NCBI GenBank assembly: GCA_964035545.1
Contig: OZ037767.1
Coordinates: 15,256,998-15,320,997 of the forward strand
Direction of reading: 5' to 3'
DNA: 64,000 bases
Source: Bugula neritina
Lineage: Eukaryota > Animalia > Bryozoa
Every line of letters begins with the position of its first letter. Positions within the stretch are counted from its first letter, which is position 1. Shown here piece after piece: positions 49,938-62,989 of the stretch. Below the pieces are notes generated by a model. That model did not search any database and was not told the DNA's origin. It saw only the letters and a program-made list of their open reading frames with translations. The position numbers and the translations under genes are program-made.

Positions 49938-52900
49938 CACAGAGAGAAATATTAGTGTTAGAGTGAACATTAGCTGACAACTAAAACAGCTCGTTTTTTG
50001 GCTCCTAAATTGACCAGCAGTGAATAGAAATTAGTGTCAGGTACTGTTCACAGTGAATAGTATGTTAGATCAATGTTGATATAAAGAGTTGTGAAGTTGA
50101 TTCTTTGTATTTATCACAATGAGTCAAGTTATTTTCAATGGTGATCTTATATATGTTCAATGGTGAGCTTATATATTTTCAATGGTGATCTTATTTATGC
50201 TCAATAGTGATATTATATATATTCAATGGTGATCTCATTTATGCTCAATAGTGATATTATATATGTTTAATGATGATCTTATTTCTGTTCAATGATGATC
50301 TTAGATATGCTCAATGCTGAACTAAGTTATATTCAAAGCTGAACTTATAAATGTTCTATGCTGCTCTAATTTTTGTTGGAAATAAGCTTCTGCAAAAATT
50401 ATTACTGATCACTCTGAACTAACTTGTCATAACTTCTAACCAGTATGAGAGTATAGTAATGTGGATTTTATTGTATATGATAGTTTAATATAAGAAATGC
50501 AACAAAAAATAACTTCTAAAGATTAAAATAAGAAAAAAAAAACATGAAAATAAACATTTGCAGAATTTTTCTACGACTGTAAATTCAGTTAACTTTTCTC
50601 AATATTATCAGAACCTGCTATGACCATAGTGTCATTACATTCTTGCTCTGTAGTGTAGCGATAACCAAGCAGTTGTGGTGTGTAATGGTTAGCACACCTG
50701 TGTGCAAGTTCGAGGTCTATGATAGTAACCCAAATACGGGAGGGGGGGGGAAGTTTTATAACTAATTCCAGCGGTTAGTAAAGTGTGGTAGTACTCCGAG
50801 AGAAGTTGAGTGGTCAGGGAAGCTTGAAGGAGTAGCATAAAAAAGGCAGCTGAGTTCTTGAAAAGTGGGTCAGGTGTAGTGTCGAGAGCACCCAGTGATG
50901 TAATGTAGTGGTGAGTGCGCCTGCTTGCAGGCTGAAGGTCTCAGCATGATTCAAAGTTTTGTAGCGGTCAAATTCTTTTTTGTGCTCCTATTCAGCATCT
51001 TTGAGTGCATGTTCTTAAAAAATGTTATGGGATCTACAACAAAAGATAAAAGTTGGGTAATATTTAAACTGTATTAGTATGAACAGTAAACATTTGGTTA
51101 AGATACACAATCACAAGCAGCGTAAATAAATTAAGTTCAACTTTGAAGAAGCTGAAGTCTAAGGCCAAAACTAATAGTATCAATGATGTTAGCTATGAAT
51201 CTTTCAGCATATTTTCAGCACCATCGTACCAATCGTTTGATTCTGAATAACCATACAGGCTTTGGCAAACTTATGATCATTATGTTGGGTAGTGTTTGGG
51301 TTAGTTTGAGCTTATCAAAATTTAGTAACAATTTTGGCCATCATTTTATTTTACTTCTTTCTTAATTACAAATGCAAGAGCTGTTGGGCATAATTAGTTT
51401 AGTTAATAGAAGCTTCTCTGTATTAAAATTATATCAAAATGTCAGTGAACCACAATTTAAGCTAGAGTCAGCATTTTATATGGACCCCTCATATCGAGAT
51501 AACAGATATTGATAAGTTTCAGTATGTCTATAAATTGAAATACAAATAAAGTACTACCAAGAAAAATATTGCTACTTAAACATGTTTTTATATTAAATTG
51601 TGCTGTGCAAAGATAAATAAAAGAATAAACTGGTAGCACGGAAGTTTATAAAAAGTTTTGCCAACTTTGCCAATTCACCACTAATATTGGCATTTTGGTA
51701 CTTAGCTATAAAACAAGAAGCTAGCTTGGCAGCTGTTTAAGGCTAATAACTACTTGTAGGCTGCTAAACTGCATTATTAACAATACAGATACTTCTACAA
51801 TGGGAGGGAATTCAAATTAATGAATTTAGCACAAATTGCTAGAAGGTGAAGTGGAAATAAAACGCTAAATTTTTTGAAAATAGATTGTTACAGGAAAACT
51901 CGTATCAAATTGATATAGGAATAGAGTAGTTTGGGAAATATCAGTCAATGTGGTCTCTTAAAAGTTATAGTTGCACAAATTCAATTATCTGTCTACAGCA
52001 ATAGTCATACTGTCATTGTGATATAAAATGACAACGTTAAGCAAATGATTGAGCTTACCTTTTGCTGCAATGACAACTTCAGTTCCTAACTCTGAAAGAA
52101 AGTGATCATCTTGTATCTCTGAGAGGTAGCTGCAATCTTTACCCATGTGATGAAATGATTCAATGTTTTCCATGTTGTGAGGTTGTTTGGAAGCACAAAT
52201 TCACTGAATCTCAAAGCACAACTTCTTAGTCTGAGCCTCTGGTGTTCACTATGCCGGCAGAATATTTCTTCTGCGAATAGCGTGAATGAAAACTATGTGC
52301 TGTTATGTAATAACCTTTGTTTTGCTCTTTCGATGCTTGGTAAGCCAGTTTCTTGCCTTTGAATTACAATTTAAATATTTCCTTACTATAGCTCTGTTAT
52401 GCAACATCTTCTTTTGTTCCACCAGGTAGTTTACACAAGTTACTTAGGCTTTTGAAGTGGTTCACCTGATCCACAATTGACTATTCAGTAGCTTGTTTCA
52501 TTGTTAATTTCAAGCTTCTTGTTTGAAACACCTTTGCTGATAACTGAGTACATTGGTGTTTAATTGTGCATCTCCCTGATCTCTCTTTTACACACATTTT
52601 AAATTAGTTGGCTTTCCCTTCCATGAATGAAATTGACTAGTGAAGCCTAAACTACCCATGCAAGAGATATGTGCAGTTAAAATTCAATTTAAGTCTTTGA
52701 TAAACGGAGTGGGGCAATGTTTAATAGTAGTCTGGTAACAAGCTATTCGAAAATGTCTTGGGTTCAAAAATTTTTCGAAATTATAAACAGCTAGTAGATT
52801 GAAGAAGTTTCATTCCACTTATATGCTCCCCAGTTGGGTTGTATTTTTTGTTTTGGTACCAAGTATTATATACCTATATACCCTTATATAACTTTCATAT

Positions 52901-53619
52901 CAATTGCTAAACATATTTGCAATAATATTTAAATTTTCCCAAATTTGTGTTGAAAAAAAGCATTAAATGCATTAATAATAATATTTTTTCAAAAAAACAA
53001 AATATATAGAAAATGCAAAATTAATAGGCTTATGCAGAGCGAAGAAATTTATTTGTGTGCCAATTATAAAAAGCAATTGACTCAAATTTATTTAAATACA
53101 CATATATTTCAATAGTATTCAAATAAATTGCGCGTAAAATGTATAAATAGCATCTAACTGGGAAGCACCAATTGAAATGACCCAAATGTAGGGTTCAACT
53201 CTATCCTAGCTTCCTATAAAGGTTTGTGATCATTATTAGTGCACATGTGAACGAATAATATTGTTAGGTGAACAACTGCCGATTGTTCCATAATTCTTAT
53301 GTAAATAAAATTTTGCTTGAACATATGTAGTTGTAGCATTGATCTCACTTTCTGCTCCTATCAACTACTGTTTAGCTTCATTCAGACCTAGGGATGATTA
53401 TTACGTAATACTTGGGAAAAGTAGTGTTGACTTAACAACTAAGTGGTTTCAGAGCTACTACAAAATATTTTTCAGCTTACACTAATCGGATTAATTTTCA
53501 ATTTCATCAAAATAAGTGCAGGTCTAACAACTATTAGAGGTGTGGTGCAGGCTATACCAACAATAAAAGGCTCTTTGAACAACTTTAGTGCAAGCGCTGC
53601 ACTAATATTTTTCTCTGTG
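49938..53619. mobile_element. Non-autonomous CACTA/EnSpm-like DNA transposon, copy B, in the CPEB1 3'UTR
   Basis: Same TIRs (1 mismatch on the right) but a different 2-bp TSD, TA (49936-49937, 53620-53621). Same orientation as copy A. Confidence 0.88.
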
Positions 53620-54414
53620 TAGTGTCTCATTGTTGCTTACTCTTGTTCTGTTTATTTTGCTGTTTTGTTTGCTGCTATATTTTTCCAAGCTTTATTTTTT
53701 TAAGCCAGTGGTTTTAAGTAAAACTTCCTTTATTTCATGTTTTAAATCCTTGCTTAGTAAACATCAAAAACAAACAAAAAAATGATTAAAGGCTCCCTAT
53801 AGTAAAGTGTGTAGATTTTAATAATTTAGTGAAGGATGTTTAAAGGTATTAGAGCTGTTTATTTGCTAGTCTTAGGGGTGTAGTTTTGTATTTTGTAGAA
53901 TAATATTAGCTGTTATATTATATTAAACATAAATAAAAAATCTCGCACATGATTTATTCGCCAACAATTAAATCTGCACCCAATACTTGAATAAGATCAT
54001 AAGGAACTATATATTATAGTGTGATATATAGGTACACTGTTAAACCAAAGGTGCTTCATTGTTACTCAAACAAATTTATTTGTGGTTTTTTAATGAAAAT
54101 GATTAGTAGAAAATATTCAGATAGTTTACAAAAAGCAGCAAAGCTCAGAAAACAGAATAATATACATATTCCATGCCAGATGCATTACATAACACTGTTT
54201 ATTGAATATGCATGTTGTATGTCGAGTGTTGATTACCAATATAGCTGGAATACAAAATCAGATTTATATATCATATAGCTAAATATTTAGAGTTATATAC
54301 AGTTAGCTCAAATGTATATAAAAAGATAATATTACAGAAGAATAAAATGAAACTTTTGTGTAAAGAAATTAAAAAGAACATTTCAATATTTTAGGTTCAA
54401 ATTTAAAGAAAATT

Positions 54415-55659
54415 CTAAATGAGCGCATAGCAAGTAGAACTTGAAGAATGTTCAAACATAACTGAAACCTCATTATGAATATAACATTTAGCTGTAGAGG
54501 TTATTGAAAAAGCTGCACAATTTTCATATTGCACACTGCAAGCGTAGGCACATGATTCTATTGAGAGCTGTTTGAAAACCCCAACAGATTTACTGCTACA
54601 CATGCGATCAGATAACGTTGAGAATTTTTATGCTTTGGATGACTCATGTAGTAAAAAGTTTGAGAAGTTCTGCTGTAGACAATGAAATTATTCTCAGTTG
54701 ATGTGGCGGATATGAGGTCAAGGTCAGTGTTCAGACCAGTCACCACAACATCTACTAATCCAACATGGCCGCTACTCACTTTAAATCTCTTCAGTTTTCC
54801 TTTGTTTACAAACAACTGTTGTCCATCCACAACAACAGGTATGCAATTGTTGCTGCACTCAAAGCTGACAGTGTTGGTGTTTCTGTGAACAAGAGATTTA
54901 GCTTCGCAGGTTTTAATTCCACTTGTAAGTGAAACAACTCCAAATGATTGGACTGTTAGATAATAAAAGTTGTTGGAAAAACTAGTTACAAAACCAAACT
55001 GAAGACCGTAGTAGCCATGTATGATAAAATATGAGGGATAGATGCTTAAAATTACGGAGTAGACATTATCGTGTTTTACACAATTTATGATTAGCCGTGC
55101 AACGTCTGCAAAGTATAAAATTGCCATGTGAGTTGGTGAATCAAGTCTAATATCAGAGATTCGAGAGTATGTTTGATATGCAATGAGGGTACCTGCTTCA
55201 CCGCATTTACCAATCATAGCATAGTTTAAATTTAGTAGGTCATCAAGATTTACTGCTTTTATACAGTGCTCTGATTGGTCGGCTACAAAAATAAACTGAT
55301 TCTTGTGAGATTCTAAAAGGCTGAGTTTTGAGAGGTTTGCAAAAATAATATGACTAATTAAGGTGAATGTGTAGGAATTTGGCAGATAGGCACAACCTTG
55401 TAGCTGCACACCAGCTACTACAGTACAGTCTCCATGGTGATTGATCTCTACAAGTTGTTTTGATGTAGCTGCTATTATTTTAGTAGAATCAGCCGGATGT
55501 TCGATAAAAGGTATGATGTCATGGTTAGTCATTTTCTTGACCTCAATGTGACTAGTGGCCTGGTAAGGAGTGCTGATTGGACCATCTGCCGAATCAGTTA
55601 TTAACCTTTGACCTACAAAAAGGTGCACATTGTATAAAACTCAGGTGGGTTTTATATAT
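54415..55659 (-). pseudogene. NHL-repeat/beta-propeller protein with C-terminal PAN/apple domain, apparently disrupted
   Basis: The 356-aa ORF has VVAG, IFVADQSEHCIKAV, GKCGEAG and RLDSPTHMAI motifs. The overlapping ORF 54415-54603 has apple-like Cys spacing (SIESCAYACS..NCAAFS...KCYIH). The two join by a frameshift near T5 at 54625-54629. Acceptor TTCTTACAG at ~55660, with an in-frame TGA at 55641-55643. Confidence 0.65.
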
Positions 55660-55808
55660 CTGTAAGAACTACTGATGGAAAGGTTTTTTAAACGGACTAA
55701 GGATTTGCTTTTTAATAGGGCACAAGGGCAATCATGACTAAGATTACCAATACGGCATTTATAACAGAAAATTGCTGTTTAACCCATATATAAAATATAG
55801 TATTATAT

Positions 55809-56083
55809 TGTAATGGGGCGTGGTTTACGCGTCAAGCGCACGCCCTGCCAATCACAGAGAGTGATAGATGACAATTGTATTAAGCCAAGCAGAACAGTAG
55901 TAGTTAGTTAGCGTGTACTTGCAGCAATGTAAAGTAGCAATTACAGTGATACTTATAGAGATTTTCATGTTCTATTTTATGGTTTATAATAAAATTTACA
56001 AACGAAACTACAGTCGCATTGCCTGTGACTAAATGCTAATTGCTCACTAGAAAGCCCACATAATCATTGTGCATCGCACAACA
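55809..56083 (+). repeat. 5' LTR
   Basis: TGTAATGGGG...CGCACAACA; 4 substitutions relative to the 3' LTR. Confidence 0.97.
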
Positions 56084-56084
56084 G

Positions 56085-56100
56085 TGGTGGCAGCAGTGGG
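56085..56100 (+). promoter_or_regulatory. Primer-binding site, tRNA-Leu-like
   Basis: TGGTGGCAGCAGTGGG lies 1 nt after the LTR. It is one mismatch from the complement of the eukaryotic tRNA-Leu(AAG) 3' end (TGGTGGCAGCGGTGGG). Confidence 0.8.
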
Positions 56101-56135
56101 GTTATTCTAGCTGAGACAATGAAAAGACGGGGAAC

Positions 56136-59100
56136 ATGACAGAACACACAACAAAACACCCGGGAGGTAAGCCAGCCAATTTCTTGCATATGGAGGAGGT
56201 GTATAGAGATAAACTGACCGCTCCCACCTGTACGGGTGTAGAAGATGTAGAGCAATTCATCGAGGAATTCCACGATGTGGCAGACGTCGCTCAATGGCCG
56301 CCACAAGTAGCCCTCGTCAAGCTGCGGGAGGTATTGACGGAGCGCGCTAGACCGTTCGGACAAGGACGGAGCGTGGCGGAGATATTCACTGCACTACGGA
56401 GCCGTTTTGGCATCTCCGCCCAGGAAGCCAGAGCCGTCTACAAGTGCTACCCCAGGCGGAAGACACTCCGCTCCGCGACCACGTTGCCTTAGTGAAGAGA
56501 CTGGCACGGAGCGCGTACAGCGACCTGTCAGAAGCACACCGACGGAGCTTTACTCTCATTGACTTCATGCAGTCCCTAAAAGATGTGGGTCTCTGCCATC
56601 AACTACAGGCGAAAGGAGTGACCACCCTAGAAAGTGCCCTACAAGTCGGGGAAGACTACCTCCGGGCCGAGCAGCTATACACGGAGAAAACAGAAGGCAC
56701 ACGAGTCACCGCGGAGGTAGCCCAATTACTCGGGGAGAAGATGGGCCGGCTGAGCGTCAGACTGAAGCAGATGGCAAAGACCCTTACCAATGCCGGGCCC
56801 CCTAACCGAGGACAAAAGGGAGAGACCTCAGAGAAGACTACCCGGAGTAGGAAAAGCGGCAAGCCAGGGCCTCCCCGCTCCAGAGACCCCCAACCCAGAA
56901 AGAGGCCTCACGGGCCGAAGAGAGAGCAACCACGGGACGTACCCCGTGAATGGCAGATACCACGACAGACCATCCGCCCTACCGGGCGACAGGAACCGTT
57001 CGTGCTACCAATCACCAACCGCTTCAGCCAGCTACCGGAGATGGAGCTGGCCGGCAAGGTCCCTCGGGACATCGGAGGGGAACTAAACACCCCTCCGCCA
57101 AAGAAGCGGCACCAGCAGACCACCAAACGGACACCACGCCGTTTGACCAAGACTACGCATGCTGGGGAAGTAAGGTTGCAACCTCATGGAGAGAGCTACT
57201 TCCTGCCCGGGAAGGTAGCCGGCAAGGCCGTCACGTTGTTGCTAGATTCCGGTTGCAACACGAATCTCCTCAGCAGACGAGTCTTAGATGCCCTCCCTCT
57301 CCAGGTGAGGAAGGAGTTAGCTCCCTACACCGGGGAACCTGGCACCCTTGCAGACGGGTCGCGTATCCCCTTCTACGGTGTTGTAAAGCTGCCTGGCAGC
57401 GTCCGCGACCAGGCCATCCAGGAAACCTTTATCCTCAGCCAGCTAGAAGAGGATGCCATCCTGGGGACGCTGTTCTTGAAGCGACACCAATGCCACATGG
57501 ACTTCCATAAGTCCGCCATACTAATGGCCGGCCGGGAGCTTTCCTGTGTCGAAAAGCTCGGCCGTCCCCTGGTCGGGGGTGTGCAGGTGGTACGTAACTG
57601 TACAGTGCCCGGCCGCTCCCGGGCGACCATTCACTGCAGAGTGAATGACCGTCAACTCTCTGGATTAGGGGTCGTTGAAGAAACGCACAAGAGAATCCAA
57701 CTCGCCAGCAGCTTGAACCGGCTGACTGACCGAGGGGAGATCTTGGTGCAGTGTGTCAACCCATTTTCAGAGTCGGTGACACTACCATCTGGATCCCTAT
57801 TGGGCCGTTTCCACGCGGTCCAAGAAGGAGACATAGGACCGTCGCTGGGCGAGGCGACGGAGGGTCCCCAAGAGCGCCCGTCTGTACGACGGGGGACCGT
57901 CCCGGAACACGTCCAAGAACTATACCAGTCAGCCTGTGAAGGCTGTGCGCGCAACAAGGAGTGCCAAGCTATGGCCCAGTTGCTGCGCCAGTATGGGGAC
58001 GTGTTCAGCAGCGGAGACCAGGACGTGGGCCTGACTAGAGCCGTCCGTCACGAGATACCGCTAGCTGCCGGGACTCTGCCTATCCGCCAACCCACTAGGA
58101 GACTGGGGCCAGAGAAGGAGAAGGAGGTCAGCCGACAAGTCCGGAATCTTCTGAACCGCGGCCTCATAGAGCCTGCACATAGTGCGTAGAGCTCGCTGGT
58201 CGTTCTGGTCCGGAAGAAAGACGGCAGTTGGCGGTTCTGTGTGGATTACCGCAAACTTAATAGTGTAACCATACAGGACGCCTACCCTCTACCTCGGATC
58301 GACGAGTCCCTGGACGCCTTAGCCGGCAGCAAGTACTTCAGTACTTTAGACTTGCTGAGTGGCTACTGGCAAGTCCCCCTCAGTCCCGACGCCCAGGAAA
58401 AAGCGGCGTTCATCACCAAAGATGGGCTGTGGAAGTGGAAGGTACTGCCCTTCGGGTTAACTTCCGCTCCTGCTACCTTCCAGCGGCTCATGGAACAGGT
58501 TCTCAGCGGCCTCCACTGGAAGACGCTGCTCGTCTACCTCGATGATGTCATTGTCATCTCCCCAGACTTCACGACCCATGTCAGTCTTCTGCGTGAGGTC
58601 TTCGAGCGACTCCGAGGTGCCGGTCTCAAGCTCAAACCTTCCAAATGCCCTCTTTTGCAGCCGGAGGTGAAGTACCTGGGGCACGTAGTCGGCCGTAATG
58701 GCGTGGCGACGGACCCCGATAAGGTGCGAGCTGTGGCTGACTGGGTCACCCCCCAGGACTTGACCGGACTCCGGGCTTTCCTGGGGCTGGTAGGGTATTA
58801 CAGACAATACATACCAGACTTTGCGGGGGTTGCACAGCCGTTAAATCGGCTCACTGCAAAGGGAGTGGCCTGGCAGTGGACATCCGTCGAACAAAGGGCA
58901 TTCGACAGTCTCAAGAACCGCTTGCTAGAGGCTCCAATTCTGGCCTACCCAGACCCCGCTCTGGAGTACGTCCTTGACACAGACGCCAGTGACCAGAACG
59001 TTGGTGCTGTGCTGTCGCAAGTGCAAGAGGGCCGTGAAGTAGTCGTAGCTTACTATAGCAAATCACTCTCACCCCCTGAGCGCAATTACTTCACTACCCG

Positions 59101-61340
59101 CAAGGAGTTACTGGCAGTAAGCAAGTCCGTTAAACACTTCCGGCCTTATCTCTACGGTAGGCCGTTCCGCTTGCGGACGGACCACGCCTCCTTGATCTGG
59201 CTGTGTAAGAGAGCTGAACCGTCCAGTCAAGTCGCCTGATGGCTCGAAGTCCTAGCCGAATTTTCATACCAAATTGAACATCGGCCCGGTAGGAAACACG
59301 GCAATGCAGACGGACTGAGTCGGCGGCCGGACGAGGGGTGTAAACAGTGTCACAACATCGAGAGAAGGGATGGGAGTCCCCCAAGATTCGAGTTGGCGAG
59401 TTGGGACCACCCTGGAGTAAGCTACAACTGGGACCAAGGTCAACTCAAACCAAGGAGTCCCAACCCACCGGAGGCTGTCAACAACCTCCGCGCCAACCCT
59501 GTCTTAGCTCGCAATGTCAGGGAGCTGCAGAAACTCCAGGAGGACCTCCCTGGGGTGGTAGCCGACATATAACAAGCCAAACGGAAAGGGCGACGACCCA
59601 GCGAAGAACAGCTGCGGCAGGGGTGCGCCGAACTACGGCTGTACTGCCAACGCTGGGACTCTCTGCGGATCGGGCCAGATAGTCTGCTGACCATCACCTT
59701 GGCCGCCGATCAGGGACACCCTGGTCGAGAAAGGGTGATCTGCCCAGCCGCCATGCTCCGGGAGCTAGTATGGGACACTCATCGGCAGGCTCACGCCGGA
59801 GTTCGGAGGGTGCTTACCAAGCTAAGGCTCCAGTGGTATTAGCCCAACATGGAGCGTGATGTCCGACTAAGGATCAAAAAATGCGAAGTCTGCCAGGCCA
59901 GCAAGCATGGCCATCTCCCCAGAGAGGCGGGACGGCGTAGGCTATATGCCGGTAGGCCTTGGCAGGTGGTAGCTGTTGACTTAGTCGGACCCATGCCCAT
60001 CACCCCCAGAGGAAACAGTTGGATTCTAGTGCTGACCGACCACTTCACTAGGTGGGCCGACGCGCTGGCCATCCCGGATGCGTCTGCCCCGACAGTGGCC
60101 AGCACACTAGACCAGCGTGTATTCTGTTACTTTGGGCTGCCCGAGCAACTACACTCGGACCAGGGGTCGCAATTCCAGTCTCAACTGATGAGCGACCTCT
60201 GTCGCCTCTGGGGAGTAAATCAAAGTAGGACCACTCCATACCACCCTCAGTGTAACGGAGTGGTCGAACGCAACAACCGGATGCTGGGCGACGCACTCCG
60301 CAGTCTACTACTCGGCCGAGGCCAGGAGGAGTGGGATCTCGTGTTGCCGCAGGTCATGCGGGCCTACCGCAGCACGCCACATATCAGCACCGGCGAGACC
60401 CCCAACCTCTTGACACTCGGTCGTGAGACACGAGTGCCCGACCACCTCACCTATCATATTCCAGAGCCAGAATACTCTGTCCACGAGTACGCCGGGGAAT
60501 TGATAGAGCGTCTGAAAGTCGCACACGAAATACTGCGGAATAAGCAGTGGCAGGTGCAACAGGAAGACGCTGACGAGCCACCCCTCTACCAGACTGGAGA
60601 CTGGGTCTGGATGATCAACTACCGTAGGCGTCGAGGACAGGCGGCTAAACTACAGCCTAAGTTCGTAGGACCCTACGTAGTAGTTGAGGTGATGCCCAAT
60701 CATACTTACAAGCTGGAGCGGTCTGGACAGATATCTGTCCAGAATGAAGCCCGCTTGAAACCCTATTGGGCTAGCCCAGGTGCGGCAGGGGGTGCCCCCC
60801 GTTGTTAGAACCCAGGAGGCAGACAACGATGCGCGGGCGGCGGCGGCATAAACCCAATGATGAGTGGGTCATGCCACAGACAGAAGACTTGGCAAGGCAA
60901 GAGAGGCCACCCCCTCCATTGGAGATGCGCCCTCTGCCCCCAGAGCCAAGCCGTCCGGCCCCAGGGCTACCACCACCACTTCCGGAACTAAATATACTTC
61001 CGGAAGTGCAAAACCCCCACACGGGAGAGGCTCCGTCCGGAGAGAACAGAGGGGAAGAGGAAATGACAGCCGACGGGAGGCAGGAAACACCACCAGTGGA
61101 GTGTAACAACCCACTGGTGAGTACACCACCTCCCTCATCAGCTACCCCACCTTCCCCGGCGTCTACCACTAGTACATCTCCTCCCCTTGAAAGGGGACAA
61201 CGTACTAGATGACCCCCAGCTTATCTCCAAGACTTCGTATGCGACCGCGTTGCAAGCGGCAGGTATGAGAGTCTAGCTGGGCGCCGTACGGAAAGACTGG
61301 CAGCAAAGCGTGGGAGTTATGAACACCACGGAAAAACCAA
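56136..61340 (+). pseudogene. Gypsy gag-pol (gag, aspartic protease, RT, RNase H, integrase, Pro-rich tail), disrupted
   Basis: LLDSG, DYRKLN, YLDD, DTDAS, TDH, VDLVGP/HSDQG/VERNNR and GPY motifs. Stops at 58187, 59237, 59839 and 61210; frameshifts near 56440, ~59400 and ~60790. The 3' end is approximate. Confidence 0.95.
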
Positions 61341-61553
61341 GTTTTTCGAAAATGGAATAGCGAGTGGAATTACCACTCCCCGGGCACACAGTTCCGGTCT
61401 CGCACAACAAACACGCTGCCCAGCCTTTTCCTACGCCGACGCGGTCAATAGTAGACGTGCTTTTTAATCCATCCACATCCAAGCTTGAACGTCGAGTATG
61501 AGTATAAATACCGAGTTCCAAGGTAAGCTTGCCTAGATCTAACACCTCCACTA

Positions 61554-62648
61554 ATGGAAATAGATCTCACCTCAGTCAACTCTGATTTAATCGATCTAAT
61601 TGAATCACAGTTACTGGAGACAGAGTCACACGTGAATGACGACGAGGACATAGTAGTGGCGGACGATCTACTAGATCTGGAGCTTGATACTATGTCTCTC
61701 AGTCAGTTTACACGTTCTGACACAGTCTCTTGAGTGCCGTATAAAAAGATGTATGACTCTCGGACTAGTAACAGTCGATTGTTATCAGAATTATGCTGTA
61801 AATATCAACTTCGATCTAACAATAATTCTGCTCTTTTAGACGCCACTCGCTCTCCCAACTACGGAGACATGCCACCACTAGAGCTAGCCTGGAACGGCGA
61901 GACACCTCCCACCTCTCTACCAGACGTGCTACTCCAACAGCATAGCTGGGTCGCACAAGAAACGGAAGAGCAGATCCAGATACACCGCGGCCATGATGAA
62001 TGCACCACCTGCAGGCTGTGTCAGCAGCACTTCTCTACTCATCGCCGTTTGCGCGTCCATGTACCGCAACACTTCCTAACCACCCTCTGTCCCTGTGGTG
62101 AATTCAGTTACCACAGGGACTACATCCTCAGACACCAGCGCACCATGGAATGACACGTGGGGCACCTATATGATGTGGATCAATACAACTTCCACACCTT
62201 CCTCAACCTAATAATGCCTTTCATTAAAGACCTCCCCCGTTTCGAGCGACTGAAACAAGGATTCCCATCCCCTCGCCTCATCACTCATGTACCGTGTCCG
62301 AAACCCCCCAGACACAGGAAATCTGCAAAGCCACCCCACTCTCCTCCAGCACAAACTGTACCTCGACCCACCACCCTACCATGAGTCCTGCTCCAAAGAG
62401 TCGAGATACCTCGAAAACGACGCTCCTCCTCTCCCGTTTCTGTACAACCTTCTACTAAACGCCGCTGGCATTCATCCTTCCCAAAACGGCATGCTTCCAC
62501 TGCTCGCAATTTAAAAGAAGTTGAACTCCGCATATATGACTTGGAGGCTGAGGTTCAACGATTAACCCCCAGAGTGGATGCCGCCGCCTCAGAGCTTAAA
62601 ACTCTCAAAGCCTCCATGGCTCTACTCAAGCGAGGTGACCAGGATTGA
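61554..62648 (+). pseudogene. Accessory ORF of the Gypsy element: acidic N-terminus, two C2H2-type zinc fingers, basic patch, C-terminal coiled coil (365 codons, 3 internal TGA)
   Basis: One frame from ATG 61554 to TGA 62646-62648 links ORFs 61734-62153 and 62157-62384. Motifs: CRLCQQHFSTHRRLRVHVPQH, CPCGEFSYHRDYILRHQRT, LKEVELRIYDLEAEVQRL. Confidence 0.8.
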
Positions 62649-62978
62649 ACCCTTGACAACAGTATTCCCCTTCTCCACTTCTTCCGACCATCCACACCTG
62701 CAGGTGGTGACAATCTCTCTCTCTCCACGCTCACCCCTCTCCCGGCCGTATCTGATCTCGGTGCTACATGATCTCCGTATGTGGATATTGTTTATATTTT
62801 TTATTTCTTATATCAACACGTAGTTTAGCTCAATAATGTGTAAATTCCTTTTGAGAATATGTCCACCTTACGTTATATTTCTGATGTTCAGATCTTATAT
62901 TTTTGGTTTTTTTATTATTTTGTTTTATGTTTTTTTTTTTTGTTGTTGGGTAAATATCAGGAAGGTATGCTTCCTGCT

Positions 62979-62989
62979 GGGGGGGGCGG
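62979..62989 (+). other. Polypurine tract
   Basis: GGGGGGGGCGG immediately before the 3' LTR. Confidence 0.85.

Noticed and set aside
50667-50740. Functional tRNA gene
   Set aside because: A-box-like start only; no T-arm GTTCRA in the proper position and no acceptor stem.
45005-53619. 5-kb tandem segmental duplication
   Set aside because: Each copy has TIRs and its own TSD, and the intervening DNA is unique.
53622-53940. CPE elements and AATAAA in the presumptive CPEB1 3'UTR
   Set aside because: TTTTAT and AATAAA are expected by chance at this AT content.
56064-62533. Numerous alternative-frame and antisense ORFs within the Gypsy element
   Set aside because: By-products of GC-rich coding sequence; no domain signatures.
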